Notes under the pieces: model-generated | The model's database searches: none | Told to the model about the DNA's origin: nothing | Seen by the model: the letters and a program-made list of their open reading frames with translations, nothing else | Part shown: piece by piece, positions 38,159 to 50,448 of the stretch | Numbering within the stretch: the first letter of the stretch is position 1 | How the letters are laid out: every line of letters begins with the position of its first letter | Assembly (NCBI RefSeq): GCF_006345805.1 | Contig: NC_043012.1 | Coordinates: 58,218,001-58,282,000 of the forward strand | DNA from: Octopus sinensis | Lineage: Eukaryota | DNA length: 64,000 bases | Reading direction: 5' to 3' | Made by a program: the position numbers and the translations under genes

Positions 38159-39589
38159 AATTTGGAAGGATGATAGATTTCACACACTTTTGCTCAACCT
38201 CTGCAACCACACACTTTCCACCTTTGTCGCTCCAAAGATTTGGCACCAATCTCAAATCATCCCAATACCCAAAAAGTCGATTTATCCCTCGTCACCAACT
38301 ACAGGTGTATATCTCTAATGTCAATTGCTGCAAAACTGTACAACAAACTGATCCTAAATCGTCTTGTCCTTTTTGTTGAACCTCTGCTCCGAAAGAACCA
38401 AAATGGATTCAGACATGGGCGCTCAACGCTGAGCCAGATACTATGCCTACGCAGACTTATTGAAGAATCAAAAGCATTTAATCGCGATCTTGCAATGGTA
38501 TTTGTAGACGTTTCTAAAGCGTTCGATTCTGTAGATAGATACAAGATGTTTGAAATCCTTAAGCTCTATGGGATACCAGACAAAATCATTTCTGCCATCA
38601 AGGTCCTCTACACAGACACGTCTTCAACCATCTTAACCCCTGACGGAGAAACATCATCTTCCTCAATCAAAGCCGGAATACTGCAGGGAGACACACTCGC
38701 CCCATTTCTTTTCATCATTGTTGTTGATTATGCGCTACGTATGTCAGTTGATACCATCTCTGGCAAAGGCTTTGAAATAAAACCAGGTAGAAGTTCCAGA
38801 CACCCAGCTGAGTACTTGACAGACACTGACTTTGCTGACGACATGGCTCTTATCAGTGATTCTCTCTCCAATGCCCAGTCTCTTTTACAATCACTTGAAC
38901 AAGCCTCAAATTGTGTAGGTCTTTACCTCAATGAGGCCAAAACTGAATACATAAACAAGTGCCTGTCCAAGAGTGATTGCATCATCCATACTCTCAACAA
39001 TGCGCCCTTAAATATGGTTTCTGATTACAAATATCTTGGATCATACATATCATCATCTGGACAAGACTTTCTAACTAGAAAGGGTATGGCCTGGTCAGCC
39101 TGTAATGACATGCATAAGATCTGGTCATCAAATGTAAGTAGAGACTTCAAACTTGAAATCTTCAAAGCCACAGTTGAACCAATTCTAATATATGGCTCAG
39201 AAGCCTGGACGTTATCAAAGAAGCTTGAGAGGCGGTTGGATGGAACCTACACTCGCCTCCTTATGAGAGCTCAAAATCTCTCGTGGAAGCGCAATCCAAC
39301 CAAAATGCAAATATATGAGAAACTACCACCTGTGTCTTCTCTTGTGAAAGGTAGGAGAGTCCAGTTTACTGGACATTGTTGTAGAGCTGAAAAAGAAGTA
39401 ATTTCTACTCTTCTCCTCTGGAAGCCATCTACTCGCAATACCAGAGGGCGCACACTCTCCTACCCTGATGTAATCTCCAGGGATACAGGCATCCAGCAAC
39501 AGGACCTCCGTAATGCCATGATGGACCGTGAAGTCTGACGTAGCATGGTAAATTCCATTGTCTCGACCACGGTAGAACAATGATGATGA
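38159..39589 (+). mobile_element. 5'-truncated RTE-like LINE (inner element) with long open RT ORF and (ATG)n tail
   Basis: ORF 38240-39538: NYRCISL, QNGFR, FVDVSKAFDSV, GILQGDTLAPFLF, FADD, YKYLGS; ends GAACAATGATGATGA. Confidence 0.95.
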
Positions 39590-39800
39590 ATGGTGGTCCT
39601 GTATAAGGGGAAAGGCAACAGGAATGATTGTGGTAATTATAGGGGAATATCATTGCTGTCTGCTGTAGGAAAGGTTTTATGCAGAGTACTTCTGGATCGT
39701 CTGCTGAAATACGTTGCAGATTGTGTTCTTCCAGAAAGTCAATCTGGCTTTCGTGTGGGACGCGGCACTGCTGATATGATATTTTCAGCTAGACAGCTGA
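39590..39800 (+). mobile_element. Resumption of the outer RTE LINE (start of RT domain), then 3'-truncated
   Basis: MVVLYKGKGNRNDCGNYRGISLLSAVGKVLCRVLLDRL..PESQSGFRVGRGTADMIFSARQL continues DWRDAA of the outer element. Confidence 0.93.
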
Positions 39801-39822
39801 ATTTTCTGCTGCTTTAAATAAA

Positions 39823-40078
<256 letters not shown>

Positions 40079-40866
40079 GCTATGTCGAAATGAGCTAAAT
40101 TTTAATGTACAATGAAAGAGGTGTCTTTTCAGAATTTGTTTTTCGTGCGGCTATTTTCATTGTCGATGTAATTCTAGTATTTGTCTTTTGAGTTCATTCA
40201 AAATTAGCAAACGAATTTTAAATTCATAATACTATTTCCTGTACTGCGATGCATGATTACGCTACCTCTGCCTGTCGTAAGAAATTGTGTTCAGATCGAG
40301 ATTCTAATAGAATTTCCTAAACACCACATTAAGTAAGAATGAGTAACTAACAAGATTTACATCATGAAACTTTACTCTCGATGATATCACCTGCTTCTGG
40401 TTGACGTCTGTATGACATCAATTTGTCATTCCTATATAATATCTCTCTCTCTCTCTTCCACTTTGTTTCTCTTTCTCTTTCTCGTCTGTATATATATATA
40501 TATATACATAGACATATATATATATATATACACTTGTATATGTATATATTTATATTTACAATATATATATATATGTATATATATACGTTTAAATATTTGT
40601 TGATATATATACATTCATACACATTCATTTACGTTTATCTAAATGCAGAAATATGTTTATAGAAATATTCACGAATGCAAACACTTACACACCACACCCA
40701 CACTCACACACACACACACGCACACACACACGCACGCAATCACACACATATTACTAATATAAGCAAATCATGTGTGTAAGTTGTTCGGCAAAAGCTGAAC
40801 GTTCACACGTCGTTATCGACTCGTGAGCCTGTCGTACACACACACACACACACACACACAGATACA

Positions 40867-40953
<87 letters not shown>

Positions 40954-41043
40954 GTATAAGGTTGAAAAGGAACACACAAGTTGATATATATGGAAAAAGG
41001 GTCAAGATAGAAAATGCTAAAATAATTTTATAAAAAAACATTT

Positions 41044-41239
41044 CAGTACCGGTTCCAGTCATTGAAACTTTTTCAACTGTAACAATTAAATAATTAAATT
41101 TAGAAAAATTAAAAGAAAAGTTTTTTTAAAGGAATATTTGTATAGTGTTCAAATACAAGTGGCATTTTCCTTGTTTCTGCCTGTCTCTGTCTCTCTTGTT
41201 TACTCTTGTGGGTTCGAGGTCGTTGTGAATTCTTGGTAG

Positions 41240-41271
<32 letters not shown>

Positions 41272-42190
41272 AAGAAGAAGAAGAAGAAGAAGGAGGAGGA
41301 GGAGAAGGGGAATAAGAATAATAATTTGGGAGTGCCATGATTGTAGTATTTTGAATGGTCAGTGGATGGTAGCAGTCGCTGTTCAATTCAGGAAAATATT
41401 TCTTTTGAATGTTTTGTTTATAGAATTTGCGTAGGAGTTATTCTAAAAAGCTTAGTGATAAAGTTAGGAAGGAGACGAAGAAGAAGAAGAAAGAGAAGGG
41501 AGAATAAGAATGAATGTAGGTAGTGTGAAAGTAGTAAGGTGTTGAATGACTTAAAATTGGCACGTTATGAATTTAGTAGTGATTGAGACTGTTTTTTAGT
41601 GAATTCTTGGGAATCTCTTGAGTGTATCATTTTTAATATTTGCGTGTGTATTTGTGTTATTCTAAGGCCGAGGTGGTTATGTCGTTTGTCGTAGACGCGT
41701 TCAGAAGAGGCCTGCATTTTGTAATAAAGAGAGTTTCTTTACTAATTCGTTGGCTCAAGGTTTTATCGTCCCTGGATTGGTAGAGGGGAAAATTTCTGAA
41801 GCTTGGATTTTTGTTGTGCTGGCTGAATGCTATTTTTTCTGTTTTGGGGAATTTTTATCTGGGATCTGCGCAGCGCCATTCTTTTACGTAGACTATTTTT
41901 TGTTTCCCTTATGTATTGCTCTTGACACCCAGAGCAGGTTAGTTAGTATATCAGGTAGGTTCTCCGAAGCACATGTGAAGTTGCTTTGCACTGTGAAACT
42001 TTGTCTCTGTTTGTCTCTGACGGCTTCTGTGTTGTTGAGCGTATTCGGGCTTGTGTTAGGAGACTTTTCATAGATTTGGGCTGTCTTTTGCTTTTTATGA
42101 TGATGTGTGTTTGGAAGATTAAGTTCATTCTGTGGTCCTTTTTTAGCATGGGTATGTTTTAGAGGATGGTGTCGAAGGCTTCATTGTTGA
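41044..42190 (-). mobile_element. Penelope-like element 3' part: degenerate GIY-YIG endonuclease and terminal repeat with decayed hammerhead motif
   Basis: Across frameshifts: IIKSKRQPKSMKSLLTQAR, NFTCASENL..CSGCQEQYIRETKNSLRKRMALRRSQI, PLYQSRDDKTLSQRISKETLFITKCRPLLNA. Confidence 0.85.
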
Positions 42191-42309
42191 GCATCGATGA
42201 GATTTCTAATATTCTCAGTGGAGTGAACATTTTCAGGACCATTAAGCGTAAACGAAATAGGAATTGAAATCACGGTCTTTGTTTTTACCTCAAGTGGGTA
42301 CTTTCTTAC

Positions 42310-42471
42310 TAGATTCGAGCACTTGAAAGGGAAAGTGGAGTTTGTGATTCCTTTCACATTTGTTACCAAAGGAATTAGGGGCATCGAAAAATAAAAACTG
42401 TTTGCTGCATAATCTGAAAACATTGTTTTTCTGAATCTGTCGAAGGGTGTCGATATACAGTCATTAGTAGG
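42310..42471 (-). CDS. Candidate internal coding exon of an unidentified gene (54 codons)
   Basis: TAG acceptor at 42474-42472 (weak pyrimidine tract), GTAAGA donor 42309-42304, only frame 0 open: PTNDCISTPFDRFRKTMFSDYAANSFYFSMPLIPLVTNVKGITNSTFPFKCSNL. Confidence 0.22.
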
Positions 42472-44407
42472 CTATAGATTAGCAGCCGATTCTCTTTCAG
42501 ATCGCATCATACTGCTCTTAACATGGAAGAGAACTATTGTACAATGTAGCCCGGGGTAAATAAAATGTTGAGAGGGTCATAACTGGAACATCTTCGATCA
42601 GAGTTGATTTGGAGCTAAACGACAACAACATCCGGTTTCTTGAAAGTTTTTTTTTTTTTGCAGACCAGCAACAAACGAATTATGATTTTGTGCAATATGG
42701 AACAGGAAGATGAAATTTTTATGCTTTTTTCCCCTTTTTCTCCGTCCAGAGTATATAAGCTGTGTAAACAAATTAACTTCATCTCAAGATAGAAACTACA
42801 ACGTTATCTCTTGAAGTCGGCAATTTACCTCTTTGCAGTATTATGACGCGCTTGCAACAACATAACATAATCGAAAAATATGAAGATGGAATGAACGAAA
42901 CGAGTAAAAGAGAAATTACTAACTGTATTAAGGAAACAACAAAACAGAAAGCCCATCAGGCGAGGAAATCAATAAGCAATTACCATTTATTTCACTTCTC
43001 CTTCTGAACTTTACATACAATTTATGAGCAATACAAACACCCGTTGTCTATTTATCATCTACAATAATTTGAAATTCCCCCCAAAAAAGTAAATGGGAGA
43101 AATCTCAGTTGATTTTTCTTCATTGATGTTTATTTCTAAAGGGATCTATAAAGCAATAATTTCTGATTTCACTGTTTATCTTGTCACAACAAGCAGGCAA
43201 ATCAAGTTCTCCATGTGAATGATCCGTTGTGAACTTTGTGTTTTCATTGTGTGATAACCTCAAGAATTCTCTATTAGAAGCTTATCTACAAATAAGCCAT
43301 TAAAACTTTGTGTAATGCAATTGTATACAAATGTTAGCATTATTTACAAATGTTGTAAATATTCATTATAATATTTTGATTATTAGCATTTTTGGTCTAC
43401 TTGTTGCTTTTGTGTTCTGTGATTGTTTCCTTGTCAATTGCTATTAAGTTTTAATATCGGTTTCTTAAGGCCAATGTTTGTGAGGGAACAATACAATCAA
43501 TTCAATCGATATCTGTACAGTATTGGGTACTTATTTATAGAAATCAAATGGACGAAAATTTAAAGATGCGCTAGAAACTTGTTAGCAATAGCAAAGGAAG
43601 AAACACAGAATAAAACAAAATTTTATAAATGTGGGCGTACTACGAAACTCGAAAAGGCCTCAATGTTCTTTGAATTCAGTGAACGAACATTTCAAGTTTA
43701 CGTATAGAACCAAATTGAAAGCCGCACAAATTAATTAACGAAATTAATTAGCAAAACCAATAACGAGAAGTTCTTTACAAGTAATTAATTTGAATGTAAC
43801 AACCTTTTAATGGTATTATTTCACACAAACTTGAAATCAGTTCATGAGAGGAAATCTTTCTAAAAATATCTCTCGAAATATAGAAGTCATGTTGTCCTAG
43901 AAGTTAATTAAAACCAAATAATATTGGGTAACTTTGAATGTATATGAATGTAGATATGTGCGTGTGTGTGTATATATACAATATTATGCATGTATAGGCT
44001 TCAAGAGACTTCGACCAGCACAGGGACACAAGCATAACATGACACATACACACATAAAAACGCAAATACACTAGTACACTTAACATCACTCCTTACACCA
44101 ACATACACACGCACATACACACACACACACATACACACACACACACATACACACACACACACACATACACACACACACACACTCGTGCACGCATAACTTT
44201 ACCGAAACTAATGCGCACAAATCAATCACAAATATACCATATTTATCATATATAAATACATACACACATATATTGCACTGATATATATATATACATACAT
44301 AATTAATAATATCAGGATAATAAAGATTTTAGAAGTTTTTACTACCAGTAGCCTAGCGTATAGAAAAATTAGTCAATAGACTATATATTATTCATATAAA
44401 ATACAGT

Positions 44408-44802
44408 GTACATTTAAACACATTAAGAGGTTTTTATCATAGCAATCCCCTACGCTAGAAGGAACAGCTAAAGTCCAAACCAGGGATAAATTAGGGATAA
44501 ATTCTCGAAGGGAATGGAAAACATTTACCATCTATTTCCTGGACCATGGTTTCTGACTTATTTTACAAATAAAATAAAGTGATTTATTGTTGACGAAACT
44601 TCGCCTAGTAACTTATTTTATTTTATTTTATTTTATTTTATTTGTAGAATAAGTCAGAAACCATGGTCCAGGAAAGAGATGGTAAATGTTTTTCATTCCC
44701 TTCGATCGAGAATTTAATCCGTAATTAGTGGTTTGGACTTTAGCTGTTCCTTCTGGCGGAAGGGATTTCGATGATGGAAACCTCTTAATATGTTTAAATG
44801 TA
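44408..44802. repeat. Imperfect inverted repeat, ~170-bp arms with ~55-bp loop (possible Penelope-type inverted terminal repeat)
   Basis: 44408-44577 is the reverse complement of 44633-44802 with scattered mismatches. Confidence 0.88.
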
Positions 44803-44879
44803 GACTTTATTTTATGTATGTATATATATATATATATAATATATATTATATATATATATATAGTCTTTTATTCTTTTAT

Positions 44880-45060
44880 TCATTTATTTGTTACAGTCAT
44901 CTGACTGCGGCCATGCTAGAGCACCGCCTTCAGTCGAAGGAATCTACCCGAGGACTATTCTTTTTATAAGCCTAGTATTTATTCTATCGGTCACTTAGGC
45001 CGAACCGCTAAGGCATAAACAAATCAACATCTATTGTCACGCGATCGTGGGAGACAAACT
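44880..45060 (-). mobile_element. SINE type 1, 3' half
   Basis: CAGTCATCTGACTGCGGCCATGCTAGAGCACCGCC..TAAGCCTAGTATTTATTCTATCGG. Confidence 0.8.
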
Positions 45061-45112
45061 CAAATAAATACATACAAATATATATATATATGAGAGTTTA
45101 CGAAAAACCTTC

Positions 45113-45151
<39 letters not shown>

Positions 45152-45737
45152 ATGCGGGAGCAGATTTAGCCCCCGTATATATATATACAGTGAAAACTCA
45201 CAAAAAAAAAACAAAGGACGAAGACAAGTGGTGTAGACAACAAACAAATGTATGAGCATAACGCTCGGGAAGGGAAAAAGTCTTTAACGTTTCGAGCCTA
45301 CGGAAAGGAACACAAAAAGAAACAAGGAGAGAAAATAAAGAATGTGTAGTGGCTAGCGGTCTATCATGGCGAATACATCCCTACACAATCCAAACCCACC
45401 TTCTCTATCCAGGCCATTCCACCCCACCACATCCCTCACACCCACTCTCACATACCCCACCTCTACTCCCATCCTCACCCTAACCCACACTCTATCCTTG
45501 CTTTCCCCCTCTCGCCTCCCCCACATCCCAACACCATCACATCACACTACACCATATACCACCATACCACACAACACCACATCACATTACATCAAACCAC
45601 CACGGAGACAGAGAGTAAGTCGTGGGATCGATTTGAAACTATTACATGTATTGTGGCCTTTAAATAATAATGTTTATCTTATCTCTCACCAGAGGGGGCA
45701 CTTCTTTTGCTGAATTTTCTATCACGGATCAATGCAT

Positions 45738-45791
<54 letters not shown>

Positions 45792-45793
45792 AT

Positions 45794-45947
45794 GGCGTAG
45801 GAGTGGCTGTGTGGTAAGTAGTTTGGTTACCATCCACATGGTTCCGGGTTCATTCCCACTGGGCAAGTGCCATCTAATATGGCCTTGACGTGTACCAAAG
45901 CCTTGTGATTGGATTTAGTAGACGGAAACTGAAAGAAGCCCGTCGTA

Positions 45948-45978
<31 letters not shown>

Positions 45979-46192
45979 GTATTTACATGTTTGTGTGTCT
46001 ATGTTTGTCCCCCAACATCACTTGAAAACCGATGGTGTGTTTGCGTCCCCGAAACTTAGCGGTTCGGTCAAAGAGACCGATAGAATAGGTACTAGGCTTA
46101 CAAAGAATGAGTCGGGTCCTGGGGTCGATTTGCTCGACTAAAGACGGTGCTCCAGCATGGCCGCAGTCAAATGACGGAAGCAAGTAAAAGAG
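45794..46192 (+). mobile_element. tRNA-derived SINE type 1, full length
   Basis: GGCGTAGGAGTGGCTGTGTGGTAAG head, GGTTCATTCCC B-box-like, common 3' end. Confidence 0.92.
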
Positions 46193-47134
46193 TATATATA
46201 TATATAATATATATATATATTATATATATATATATATATATAATATATATATATTATATATATATATATTATATATATATATATATATATGTATATATGC
46301 TATATTAAAACTTGAAAAGGCGTAAATGGGCCTGAATTGCTCTAGATCATATCTAACTTAGCGAGTAGCAGCATTTCGCGAGTGACTGTAGATGAGCTCT
46401 TTTGAAATAAATGAAATGATTTTTTCCCCATAGATTAACGGCGTATTTTTGACGCTTATTACGTACATTTGTTTTATCTAGACATTATAAAATAAACGAA
46501 TTACTTATTCCGTTTCAACAGTCTTCGTAGGCTAAATGATCATATAATGATTTAATCGATTTTTTTCATCCCTTCTCAATCTGAATTTGTTCCAAATTTC
46601 GGCAAGAATTTTGTGCAAGACTACATAATATAAATATAACAAATAATTAAAAAAATATAAAATATTATTTCTCTATCAGTGTGGAAGTTTCAATTATTCG
46701 AAGCAATGTTCCGAAATAAATACCAAATATCTACTTTTCAGAAGCCTCAGCTAAACGCGAAGGCCAAGTTTATCTTCAATGCTACGGCAAACATCTTTGA
46801 TAGTTGATCTTCCTAACAGGCCGGGCTAAAAACCGTCCGGTTTCTCTCTAAATGAATTGCACAGAGATCAAACATAGTGCAGTGTATTCTCCCTTTATTT
46901 TTATCAAGAATACTTATGAATTCATTAAGAACGATGTCGTTGCTGCAAGAGATGTAGAAAAGCAGGAAATAAATTGATTTAATTTCCCAGGAATCTTTCT
47001 TTTATCTGACAAAAGAATCGTTAATGATAGCTTCTCCATGAGTGCACTACAGGCAGCTGCTTGCTTCAGTTTAGTACTGATGTGTCTGTTTTAAGTTTAC
47101 TTTGGGAAGACACAAATGATTAGATCCAACAATT

Positions 47135-47168
<34 letters not shown>

Positions 47169-48349
47169 GAATCAGAATCAGAATCATCTTCATCATTATT
47201 ATTGCTGCTTGCCGCCCATTGTTACTCTTGAAAATGTTTTATTTTTCATTTAAATTCATTTAGTGAATCATGTTTTGAATAAATTCGAAGACTAAACTTC
47301 TGAATTTTAGTTATATTTGCTTCCATATTTATTGATGGTCCAAATAGTCAGCATTTGAACATTTCATTATACATTCATACACACATTCCTGTATACCATC
47401 TTGCTTTATACACACCTACACATCACGCCTCTTTTCAAACACTACTGCCGTCATTCGCAAAAGAAGTATAACTTGGTAGTACGGATCACGCTTTCGCTAA
47501 TTGCTATAAGTGCTTATATACTGACGAGCAGAGACAAACACCTTCTCGGCCCTCCCAAACTAAACCCAATGGAAAATCATGTGTGGGGCATCTGGAAACA
47601 AGTGGGCGCACCCGTATGGCGTTTGGTTATTTGTGAAACCTCAAAGCAATGAAAAACAGATTGGCTACAGCGGAAGCGCTGAAATACCGTCACGCATGCA
47701 AGCATAAAACAACACAATGTATATATATATATATAATTATATATATATATATATATCAAGAAAAATATCTTACTTAGAAATGGATGCGTGCGTTCCGTCA
47801 TATAATAAATTAATAAATAAAACATATGCATATATACATACATATATGTACGTACCTACCTATACATGTATATATACATGCATATATGGGTACAGGACAC
47901 CAAAAAAACATCAAACACAATGAGAAACGAAAACATAAACGCAAAACCAAGGAACTGGACATTTTTCTTAAACAACGAAAAAATAACGAAAAAATAGTGT
48001 ACAGGACAAATAACACAAGGAAAATTCCCCTTCTTCAGTCGCCATGGTTTCATCTACTCTGCGTTTCGAAGGTGAAGGCGATACGCATCTTCGATAAAAA
48101 CTTTCCTTCCCGCGAAAAGCAAATTAAATAAAATTTGAGATCTTTTTGCGGAGGGGTAAAAATGGTAACAAAAACAGGACAGTAACGACAGTACAAAATA
48201 TAAACAACGACGGGAGAGAGGAGGAGTAGCTCCTCCTCCTCCCTCCCGTCGTTGACCTGCGACGAGAGCTCTGCTACTGTCTTTCTGGCCTGGTTTCCTT
48301 GAAGTGTGGACGGCATTTTCTGTAGATGCACACACCCAAGTATGTGCAT

Positions 48350-48530
48350 CTATTCATCTAAAGAATCTCACATTGCAAAATCTTTGGAACGTCCTACAAA
48401 ATTTCATTTTCATTCGGTATTTCTTCGAAAATCTTAGTATTTCTTGAGTTTTTGTTGGTACATAGCCTAATGCACCTATGATGGTAGATACAACTGAAAC
48501 TTCATAATCAGGGTACAAAAGCAGTATATT
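48350..48530 (-). mobile_element. RLE-type non-LTR retrotransposon C-terminal fragment
   Basis: LLYPDYEVSVVSTIIGALGYVP..KFCRTFQRF, similar to the end of the copy at 49691-50412. Confidence 0.7.
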
Positions 48531-48621
48531 TTCATTATTTACATTCGACGGATATTTGTCCTCATCCTGTTTGTTGTTAACACAACGTTTCAAGTTCGAT
48601 TCCAAGCAGTGATCTGAACAT

Positions 48622-48683
<62 letters not shown>

Positions 48684-48753
48684 ATAAAATAATAATAATA
48701 ATAACATCGAAAAATACCTTAGGAATGAGAACCCAAGTACAAATTTCCCCAAG

Positions 48754-48890
48754 ACACACGAAGAAAGCTGGAGGGTATATCAGCCGAAACGTTGTGTTAA
48801 CAGCAAACAAGACGAGGGCAAATATCCGTAAATAATGTAAATAATGTAAATAACGCACATAATTCCTCATCTCTTAAATATAGAACAGTA
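48754..48890 (+). mobile_element. Terminal-repeat-like segment with decayed hammerhead motif
   Basis: ACAC-ACGAAGA-A-AGCTG..CAGCC-GAAAC-GTT/GTGT; downstream part also present inverted at 48533-48591. Confidence 0.5.
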
Positions 48891-48899
48891 CTAAAAGCT

Positions 48900-49480
48900 G
48901 CATATTCTGTATTAATTCATCACAGATGTTCATTTTTCTGGATCTTTGATGGTACATTCAGATCCGTTGGGTAGCTGACCCTTACCACAGTACATGATTT
49001 TTTCTCTGTTCCATAGAGCAATATCAGATCTGTTATGTTTGTACCGAATTGTGGTTTTTATTGCTGTGTTCCACCGGTATTCCTTGTTTTTGAATGTCTG
49101 AATACATGCTCGTTTTGGTATACTTTGGCGTGTTCGTGAATGTAATCCTTCCTGCAAATAGCGTTGTAAATAGTCGTTGCAACTGTATCATGCCTCAGGG
49201 AAAGATAGTGTCTCGTAGATATTCAGGGCATCTGCTAATGATGTAGGTGATACCTTCCATACTTGTTCAGCAGAGCCGACATTTTCTATCACAATATCGT
49301 GGTTTGGTGCTATTTAATATTTATCTCCTGTTCCTGGTTTGAGAAAGCATATCCTTCTAGGTGGAAGTGATGTATCTACCAAAGGTCCAGGAGAGGCCAT
49401 ACTTCCTCTCAATGTTCTTGTTACCATCTAGGTTATGGGATGTGTACTAATGATTCGCTTTTTGCTGATATGATTGCTTC
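48900..49480 (-). mobile_element. RLE-type (HERO/NeSL-like) LINE fragment with CCHC knuckle, degenerate
   Basis: DRKCRLC..ITYIISRCP..HYLSLRHDTVATTIYNAI..EYRWNTAIKTTIRYKHNRSDIALWNREK. Confidence 0.8.
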
Positions 49481-49690
49481 TCCTCCAAGCCCCTGATTAG
49501 GTAAGAGAATCCAGCCTCCTTTGGGTCGCATTTGACGATGGTATTCTCAGAGAACCTGCTCAATAGTTCACCACCTCTGCAGATATTGTTGCTATTTCTT
49601 TTGAGTGTATATGTAATGGACTCATTGCGTATGTATGTATGTATGTATGTATGTATGTATGTATGTATGTATGTATGTATGTATGTATGT

Positions 49691-50412
49691 CATTATTCAG
49701 TTTATTTCAAGAATTCTTGCCAATCGAGAAAGAATTGGTTTCTAACCTACATCCCAGGCTCCTTCATTCCAATTTCAACATCAACAAGGTATTTTTGTTT
49801 GTATGTATGAATGTATGTATGTATGTGCGCATGTATATATGTATGTGCAGATTTGTATGTTTTATGTATGTATTCTCATGCATATAGTTACATATCCAGA
49901 AGGCTCATATATATTTAAATAATAAACTTCTGGAGAGTTATACAGATTTTTACGGTTCCAGTGATGGATTGGATCTGTAGTCTTCGAATTGCTTCCTCCT
50001 TTCTGGTACTGAGAATCCCAATTTCTTAATATTGGTATCTACGCAGTGTGTTACATCTCCCAGGGTCCTAATAATTGCAGTTATTAACCTGAATTTTTAA
50101 TCTGGATAGAGTTACTGCAGATTTCTCAATAGTTCAGCATAGGAATTCTCTCTTTCACTGATCTTCAGCTTTGGTCTAACATCCGCTGGACAGCTAATTT
50201 CCACAACTGTGCACAGTTTCTCTTCCCTATCCCAAATTATTATATCAGGTGTTGTGCTTACATTTTATTGAGGTTTTCACCGGGATATTCCACCAGTATT
50301 CCTTTTTATTATGAGTAGCTATGGCTTCTAACATATTGTGGATTGTTATTTCTTTGTCCTCGGGATTATCCTTCTGACGGATTTCATTATAGAACTTCCT
50401 AGCTACAACATC
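49691..50412 (-). mobile_element. RLE-type LINE 3' fragment with endonuclease motif and 3' UTR
   Basis: [62 protein letters not shown]; flanked by (TATG)n on both sides. Confidence 0.85.
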
Positions 50413-50417
50413 ATGTA

Positions 50418-50448
<31 letters not shown>

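Noticed and set aside
47545-47605. PKLNPMENHVWGIWK resembling the Tc1/maT SPDLNP motif
   Set aside because: Isolated 15-aa resemblance with no flanking transposase sequence.
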